From Octopus bimaculoides (taxonomy: Eukaryota), in the NCBI RefSeq assembly GCF_001194135.2, contig NC_068985.1, positions 119,874,625 through 119,918,166 on the forward strand: a stretch of 43,542 bases of DNA. The letters run 5' to 3'. Under the pieces are notes generated by a model. It worked only from the letters and a program-made list of their open reading frames with translations. It was not told the origin of the DNA and made no database searches. This document shows, in pieces, positions 35,231-43,542 of the stretch (within the stretch, counting starts at the first letter, position 1; every line of letters starts with the position of its first letter). Position numbers and translations under genes: made by a program.

Positions 35231-36397
35231 GAAAACAGAACTATAGACGATAATTTTAAAATTCATAAAACTAAATTAATTGACTGATTGTCATTGTAGT
35301 TTAGGATTTCACAACTTTGGGAATGAAAATATTGTTATATTTTCAATCATTAAATATAGACTATCATGACTTGTGTTCAAAAACCGTTTATAAAAGTGAT
35401 TTCTTACGGTATTGGTATGAAGTTATTTAAAGATGAATTGGCTTCAATATCGAATGATTGCGGTATTAATATCAAGCGTGTATCTTAAGAAAGGTTTATG
35501 TATTTCCGTTCTGTTTTGTTGCTCGTATTTTGTGAATTGGGTTTTCACTTGCTGCCATTAAATGCAAAAAATAAATAAGTAATAGCCAGAGACATTATTA
35601 CAATAAAGATTAAATGATGGAGGTTTATTTATCTCAAATACGGCCAACGATAGAAAATATCAAGCTCACTTTTCTCATGATTTATTTATCAAGTAAAGAA
35701 GTAAATTAATAATTTCCTGTACTTTATTAGACCTTTATCTATAGGGTAAAATACAGGAATAGTTTTATAAACAATTTATAATTTTATGTACTTAGAGCAT
35801 CATATTTTAAGTACACAGCGTGTATAAATAGTCTAATATCACATCATTACATATTTTATCAATGGTGATTCAGTCTCATAGAAATTGTAAACAGAGTTAT
35901 TGCAACTCCTTACCCTATCATCTTTAAAACCAAGAAAGACATTAGTAATTAGTTAATGCAGTTCAGATATGACTATGTCCGAAAAGAAAAAGGCGAGATA
36001 GTCATAGCGGGAATGCAATTAGGTCTCCTTGACTCTGGCTGACGTGGGACCAAAATGAAAACAATTCTGGTGTCACAAAGTTTGTCTATGGTGGCACTCG
36101 ACGACAGAAAGCAGAATTTTGTGTCCAAAATACCCGAGTGATTCAACTTCGATGCTCCACTACTTCTACTGATTTCATATATAGCAATACGAATATATAA
36201 AGCGACAACGCGGGAGTCATTAGGTACTCATTTAGACTGTTATGAAGAATAGCTATATTTCTTGAAATCACAAATAAGTGTACTGAAATAGGAAAAACAT
36301 GTACGACAATATATTACTCTCCTTAAAAAAAAAAGACGTGACAGTCAACATGAGAGTGTTTGTAATCATAGAGATGATATGGAGTTAAATAACAAAT

Positions 36398-36455
36398 AAA
36401 GATATTTTAAAGAAACTCTTTTATAGCGATAAAAGAGTTTCTTTAAAATATCTTT
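36398..36455. repeat. Perfect 27-bp inverted repeat with a 4-nt loop
   Basis: AAAGATATTTTAAAGAAACTCTTTTAT-AGCG-ATAAAAGAGTTTCTTTAAAATATCTTT. Confidence 0.97.
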
Positions 36456-37294
36456 TATTCATAAAAGTGGAGCTTCTTTTAATTTTTACAGGGTTAAATT
36501 AAATAAACTAAAATGTTGATCAAACAATAACAATAACTCAAATATGTAGGTGTCGCATCTATATATTAATTATTCTTAATATTTACAAACGGTCATTGAC
36601 TTTAAGAAAAAAAAAAGGCAAAATCAATTTTGCTGATCCAAATGTTGGAATGGTATTCGGTTTGTTTCATGCAGATGAAATTCAAAGATAACCTCAGAGA
36701 CATTTTCAACCAATGTAAGATTTTTATGAAATCTACATAGTTTACAATCCTATTGAAACGATTTCACTTTCATCAAGACAGTAACGCGGTGAAAAACTTG
36801 GAAGCTCGGAAAATGCAATGTCCAATATTTTCTCTCCTGAATATAGGAGTAATTTCAAAGCATCAGATGTAGTAAATCCCATGTTTGAATAACAATGTGA
36901 AGAGCTTTGTGGAGTAAGAGTTAATATCTTTGAAAACCCAGCTGCATGGCATTTTCAGAATCTCCATTCGAAGAAACCTTCACATCCCTTATTAGAATAC
37001 ATTAGACCCATATTTCCTGTTTGCTGCACGATTAAATCATAGCATTCTGTACCTCGTCTAAACGAAAATGATATTAAAACAGCATATATACAATATTACT
37101 CCGATTTCTCTTTAAATACAAACGGCAGATTATTATTCCAATGAATAGCAAAAACAAAAAGAGAAAAAGACAAAGAAAACGGTTGCGTAGAGACTTGGGA
37201 ATGGCAATTCCCAAAATGTCTTTAATATTCGTATACTGTGTCATTAAGATATATATCAAAACGTGAATGAAAAAGACAAGAAAGCTGTTTACAC

Positions 37295-37389
37295 TATATA
37301 CTACTACTACTACTGATGATGATGATGATGATGATGATGACGATGATGATGATGATGATGATGATGATGATAACAATAATAGATATAAT

Positions 37390-37430
<41 letters not shown>

Positions 37431-37465
37431 TACGCAGATATGTTTGTAAGTGCACACGCACGCAC

Positions 37466-37530
<65 letters not shown>

Positions 37531-37640
37531 CACATATACATTCACATACACGTACCCACACATAAGCATATGCATACGTTTACGTATTTATATATATATG
37601 TGTGTGTGTATGTATATATATATATATATATTAAAACATG
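37295..37640. repeat. Compound (TAC)/(GAT)/(AAT)/(TA)/(CA) microsatellite
   Basis: Direct reading; it produces the poly-D, poly-H and poly-M ORFs. Confidence 0.95.
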
Positions 37641-38150
37641 AACATATTGTAATGCTTGAGTATTGTCACCAAAAGAATATATACCTCATACGCCTGGTGA
37701 AGTAATGGAAACAAAGTAAAGAAAAACACTGAACGATACTTTTAACACGTCTTAATGTATTCAGTGAGAATTTTGAATACAAATATTGAATATCAATAAT
37801 ATGTGCGGGCTGTATATAAACCAGTAGCAATGTGTGTGTGTGTGTAATAGCGTATGAGAATATTGTTTATTGATGTATTATTAACCGCAAGGGGTGTATT
37901 CGTAAAAGATCAGACAGATGTATATATTTGTAAGCACATAGATACTTTCATATTCATTAACATGTGGAAAACCAGCCCATCCCCTTTCGCCGGTATAGGG
38001 ACGAAAACATAAACATCCGAAACTATACAAACATATGGACTGAAGTAGCTACACAAAGCACATAGATACGGTTTCACATAAGTATGTAAAATATGCGTGG
38101 ATATATAATATGTACGTATGTATGTATGTATGTATGTATGTATGTATGTA

Positions 38151-38231
<81 letters not shown>

Positions 38232-39599
38232 ATTATATAAATATATTTATATATATATACATATACATATACATATTATATGAATATATATGTCTATATA
38301 TATTGATAGAGACACAGATACGTGACCCACACACACTCACACACTCATATAAACACACACATACACACACACATATATACACTTCTAGATATGTATATCA
38401 CTATGTATAAACCTAAGTGCGTCTGTGTATATCAATATATTTATCTTGATGTGTAACAATGAATTTGATCTTATGCACACTAAATACATCACACAATTCA
38501 ATCACACACGCACACGCACACACGCACATACACACACACACACACATGATCGCGAGCGAGCACACACACGTACACTCACAGTCGTCAAAAATGAACACAA
38601 TTTATGATCGTATACACTGTACAAATATCAAACAGCTAATAAGAAGCAAGGAATATATATTTGTAGACAGGCATAGATAATTTGTGGGGTTAACATTTAA
38701 CTACAGAGTAAGTATATATTAACCTCGGAATTCGGAAGTGCCAACAAGAAATGCATTATTCGTGTTATGTAAATACGTTTGCTTGATTAGGTATCACATG
38801 ACTACCATCATATATAAACTGACGATTCGTTCATAGAAAGAAAACCTGTATATGTATATATGTTGAACTGCTTTCTTCTCCATAAGTAAGGCAGGAGAGA
38901 AGTAAAAGGACGATATAAATGTTGATTGCATTTATAACCTTCATATAAAACATGAAATATCAATAGTAAATAAATATGTAGGTACACCGCCACAAAGGCA
39001 CAAACACATACACACACACGCGTGCGAGCACGCACTATCTCTGCCTGTCTCTCTCTCACTCACACACACATATACGATACAGTATTACATGATAGCAAAA
39101 TATATATACACACACATACACACACATACACACACATATACACACATATACATGTCGTTGAATAGTATATTTCTTCTTATGAACATATAACTAGTCGGTT
39201 TCGCAATATTTACAACTCTTCAGGCATCCTAGCCGGAAGCACATACGCTCTCTTTTGTTATAATTATATAGAAGTTCTTGTTGGTTTGGCATTGATATAA
39301 TGGAACGAAACAGAATTAACATTATAGCATACTCCGGAAGCAAAGGAAGAGTTACTTTCCATTGATATACCCCCTATTATAACGAAGCTCTGGGAGCCAG
39401 TGTGTTTAAAGACTAAACTAGTTATAACTCCAAACACACTATCAAATTAAAGGTTGCCCGAAATTTATCTAGTTTGTTACCTCTTGCTCAACGTGAAAAC
39501 CTGCGTGAGCAGTGTCTTCCTTACTTTAGTAGAAAGGCATTTCGCACAAGATCATAAAGGAAAGTATTCAACAGGTATAAGTCAACATTCTCGTTCAGA

Positions 39600-40490
39600 T
39601 GTGCGCTTAGCATTAAAAACGCATATATATTAGTGAGTACCAAGAAATTGGACACAAACACACTAAGGACAACAAAACAAAACACCACACCTCACTTTAA
39701 ATCACTGATACATATGAACACACAACCCCAGAAACAATGAAGCAAAGGACACAATTATACAAAATCTCCCTCTGCTCACTCATGACCCGAAAATGAACAA
39801 CATTCTAAATACACATAAACTCCTCAAATGCAAAAGACAACGCAAATCACCCAAGAGACTCCTGACAAATGCAAAGCCATACTCAATACATACGATATTA
39901 ACATTTAAAAACGTGGACGACCTAAATGCGGTACATGCCCATACCTAACTGAAGGGTCGGAATTCACATTCTAGCAAGGAGAAAAATTCTCAATTAAGAC
40001 CAACTTCACATGTACTTCCCAGAACCTTGTCTATGTCCTAACCTGCTCAGGTTGTGACCACAATTATGTGGGCCAAATGGGCCTACTTTGAAACGCAAAG
40101 TCACGCTGCATAAAGAACAGATTCGTTTTCCACTATACAGGCAGATAGCTCTTAGCGAACATATTGACTTATGCGCAAGCAATAAAACGCCGAATTTCCA
40201 TATATTTCTATTATACCAATGCAAAGATTCAATCTCCTTACAAGAACGCCTAAACAAGGAAAACCTGTTCATACAAAAGTACAGACCACACCTTAATATA
40301 CAAACTTGACCACCTCAAAAATTATACTCAGTTAGTTGCCCCCTTTGCCACCTGTTGCTTCCCTTGGACCACTTTCTAGACTCACTCCTATTTCTTAAGC
40401 ATCCAGAATGACGAAACCCCTTTGTCACAAGAATTGATTGCTTCACAATGTCCCTTGAAAACCTAATTTAAACAGCGAAAACCGGTTGGA
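39600..40490 (+). mobile_element. Penelope-like element 3' part: RT C-terminal linker, GIY-YIG endonuclease and decayed hammerhead
   Basis: HNPRN...IIQNLPLL..DPKM..IL; KRQ.KS.KRLLTNAK; PKCGTCPYL.EG; FTCTSQNLVYVLTCSGC..NYVGQ; frameshift; TLKRKVTLHKEQIR...H...C...F...R..KE..FI.KY.P.LN-stop (40309). Confidence 0.9.
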
Positions 40491-41321
40491 TATCACGATA
40501 TTCATAAAATATACATTTATTTAAAAATAAATTTCTTTATAAAAAGATATTAAACTATATGAAACGTAGGCATTTCTCTTCCACTATTTNNNNNNNNNNN
40601 NNNNNNNNNNNNNNNNNNNNNNNNNNNNNNNNNNNNNNNNNNNNNNNNNNNNNNNNNNNNNNNNNNNNNNNNNNNNNNNNNNNNNNNNNNNNNNNNNNNN
40701 NNNNNNNNNNNNNNNNNNNNNNNNNNNNNNNNNNNNNNNNNNNNNNNNNNNNNNNNNNNNNNNNNNNNNNNNNNNNNNNNNNNNNNNNNNNNNNNNNNNN
40801 NNNNNNNNNNNNNNNNNNNNNNNNNNNNNNNNNNNNNNNNNNNNNNNNNNNNNNNNNNNNNNNNNNNNNNNNNNNNNNNNNNNNNNNNNNNNNNNNNNNN
40901 NNNNNNNNNNNNNNNNNNNNNNNNNNNNNNNNNNNNNNNNNNNNNNNNNNNNNNNNNNNNNNNNNNNNNNNNNNNNNNNNNNNNNNNNNNNNNNNNNNNN
41001 NNNNNNNNNNNNNNNNNNNNNNNNNNNNNNNNNNNNNNNNNNNNNNNNNNNNNNNNNNNNNNNNNNNNNNNNNNNNNNNNNNNNNNNNNNNNNNNNNNNN
41101 NNNNNNNNNNNNNNNNNNNNNNNNNNNNNNNNNNNNNNNNNNNNNNNNNNNNNNNNNNNNNNNNNNNNNNNNNNNNNNNNNNNNNNNNTAACTCTAATGT
41201 TTTATCCTGACAATTCTCTGTTTTACAACATTGAAGAGTTACATCATCACTTTTGGAAATGCAATTCATGGTGTCTGATTATATTGTGAGTTCTCTCTTG
41301 TAAATCAATTTTTGTGAACCC

Positions 41322-42419
41322 ATGGGTAGATCAAAAATTCGTGTTGTTTATGAATATGATTTCCATCGTGGGACCAATGCATCCCAGACAGCTTGAAACA
41401 TCTATGAGATGTTTGGTAAAGATGTGGCGAATGAGCACAATGTGCATCGATAGTTTGAGAAGTTCCGGTCTGGTGACTTTACTCTTGAACATCAGCCCCG
41501 TGGTAGACCTGAGACCAAGGTGGATAATGATGAGCTGGAAACTGTAGAGGAAACAAATACATCTGAAACTGCGCGTGAGTTAGCAGCAAGGTTTGATGTT
41601 TCGATTCCAACTGTACTTGACCATCTGAAACAGATCAACAAGCTAAAAAAAGCTGGACAGGTGGGTACCATAGGAGCTGAGCGAACATCAAATGACACGT
41701 CGTCTTGAAACTTGATGTTCTTTTCTGTCACGGCAAAGCCGCGAACTATTTTTCACCCTATTGTTTGGTGTGATGAAAAATGGATCATTTTCAACAATAG
41801 CAAGTGTTCTGCAAGGTGGTTGGATAGACCAAAACACAATCCTAAAATTGATGCCAAAACACAATCCCAAAAAGAACATTCTCCCAAAAAAGATACTGGT
41901 ATCTGTTTGGTGGTTCAGCGCTGGTATCATCCGCTACAGCTTCATAAGACCTAGTAAGACAATTACAGCGGATGTATACATCAACCAATTCGATGGAATG
42001 ATGAGAGAACTTGCAATTAATCATCCGAGATTGGTCAATAGAGACACACCAGTTCTCTTGCAAGACAATGCCCGACCATATGTTGCTCATGTTACAGGAC
42101 TGAACTTGGAATTACTCTGTCATCCACCATATTCACCAGACCTTGCACCAACAGTCTATCAAGTTTTCTAGGCATTAGACAACTTTTTGCAAGGAAAAGT
42201 CTTCAAACCTGATGAAGATACAAATACACTCTTTCATAATTTCATCACCTCTTGCTCTCCAGAATTCTTCACTGCTGGCATGAACAGGCGACCGATAAAA
42301 TGGCAAAATTGTGTTGATAATTTTGGTGCATACTTTGATAAAATGTATTGCTTTTTGTTGAGATAAAGTAAAATAAACTTTCAGTACAAAGTTGGACATT
42401 TCATTCTTAATGACCAGAT
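41322..42419 (+). mobile_element. Mariner element: near-full-length disrupted transposase plus 3' TIR (5' end in gap)
   Basis: MGRSKIR..YEYDF.RG.NASQTA; FEKFRSGDF.LE..PRGRP; WVP*EL; IVWCDEKWI; LLQDNARP; HPPYSPDLAP; GAYFD. The terminal GGACATTTCATTCTTAATGACCAGA abuts (TA)n. Confidence 0.93.
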
Positions 42420-42709
42420 ATATATATATATATATATACATATATATATNNNNNNNNNNNNNNNNNNNNNNNNNNNNNNNNNNNNNNNNNNNNNNNNNNN
42501 NNNNNNNNNNNNNNNNNNNNNNNNNNNNTATATATATATATATATATGCGTGCGTGTGTGTGTGTGTGCGTGCTGTGTGTGTGTGCGTGCTGTGTGTGTG
42601 TGCGTGCTGTGTGTGTGTGTAAGCATATCTATATATATATATATACGTGTGCGAGTGTTTATGTAACTTTGTATGCGTATACACGTAACCTTATATGCCT
42701 GTTGTTATG

Positions 42710-43060
42710 ACCAATTATCCTAGTATTCTCTTATGTACATTCGCGTTTATCTTCCATGCATCAAAACATTTTATCCTTTCTAAAATAAATTTCCAAATAA
42801 ATTTTGTTTAGCTTATGTTGGATCTCTGATACCTTTTGTCTATGATTACCTCTAAATTAGTACCTTTTATTTTTCGAACTTAATTTCACTTTTTCCCGAT
42901 GCAAGTATTACCGTCCATCCAACCGCCAATTTCCTTCTTGATCTTTACGAATTCCTCTTACATCATCAGCATATATTTTTCCATTGTATTTGTAATAAAC
43001 AGTTCTCTAATCCCGTTTCTTTTATATATATCTGTATGTATCTCCAAACAAAATATTTTA
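42710..43060 (-). pseudogene. Very decayed CR1/L2/Jockey-type RT remnant
   Basis: Minus strand KIYADDV (YADDV at 42959-42973), then NLEVIIDK (DLGVIID-like) and a frameshifted E.V.KR.TRII (ERVQRRATR-like), in the expected order. Confidence 0.55.
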
Positions 43061-43500
43061 TTATCTAAAGATCAAAGAATAGTTTCTTTCATAAATATTT
43101 ATCGTCCACAATTTTTATATTCGTTATACGGTTTGTTTTGCTCTCGGTTTCCTAAAACTAATTCTTGTTTATAAATAACTTTATACAAATTTGTAGAATG
43201 TTAACATCTCATTTTCAATACATTCCATCTGCTTTCGAAGTTTTCCTCATAGCCTTGTGTAGTAGAGGCATATTCTTTCGTTTATTACACCAACATTCCC
43301 GTCTACTTCCACATATAATACGATTCGTTCATTTGTTTGATATATGCTAGCTGCGCTCTCTTCTATTAGAGACTGCTTATTGGTTAGGCCTAACTCCATA
43401 GATTATGCATTAACTATAAATTTAAATTAGTCGTTATGCTTAAAATATTTCTCCTTGTACATTTCTTTGATTTCCATGTGGCAGGAAATGTATGTATGTG

Positions 43501-43542
<42 letters not shown>

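Noticed and set aside
35945-36200. Open stretches on both strands in unique sequence
   Set aside because: Phase-1 acceptors tested on the plus strand hit stops within a few codons, and no homology was recognised.
8430-38680. His/Thr-, Val/Cys-, Tyr/Ile-, poly-D and poly-H ORFs that look like metal-binding proteins
   Set aside because: These are direct translations of (CA)n, (TA)n, (TACA)n and (GAT)n microsatellites.
426-42684. Long ORFs containing X runs (for example 9659-10822, 11162-12334, 32035-33015, 40550-41269)
   Set aside because: They are open only because they cross N-gaps and (TA)/(CA) repeats; there is no coding evidence.

Overview
AT-rich, microsatellite-dense eukaryotic scaffold with 12 N-gaps, most of them flanked by simple repeats. 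The repeat content resembles what I recall of Octopus/coleoid cephalopod DNA; this is inference, no search was run. No intact protein-coding gene is visible, and most long ORFs in the track are artefacts of N-runs and microsatellites. The window is mostly decayed mobile DNA: four R4/Dong-like restriction-endonuclease non-LTR retroelement segments (three ending in (TAA)n, one in (TACA)n) plus a solo 3'-UTR fragment, two RTE-like remnants, an APE remnant, a CR1/L2-like RT remnant, a Penelope-like element, a DD37E (TRT-like) Tc1, two mariners, a hAT (Buster/Charlie-like) transposase, a long-TIR foldback element and at least three tRNA-derived SINE families. Best leads: (1) a hammerhead ribozyme with a complete catalytic core, palindromic helix III and a 92-nt insertion in helix II (10843-10974, minus); (2) an RTE C-terminus with three tandem C2H2 fingers; (3) microsatellite-associated retroelements, including one ending in (TACA)n; (4) a 297-bp-period duplication of a tRNA-like unit; (5) a candidate first coding exon of a host gene at 31087-31233; (6) a perfect 27-bp hairpin. 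Family names come from remembered motifs and need database confirmation. I do not see a clearly new multi-gene system.
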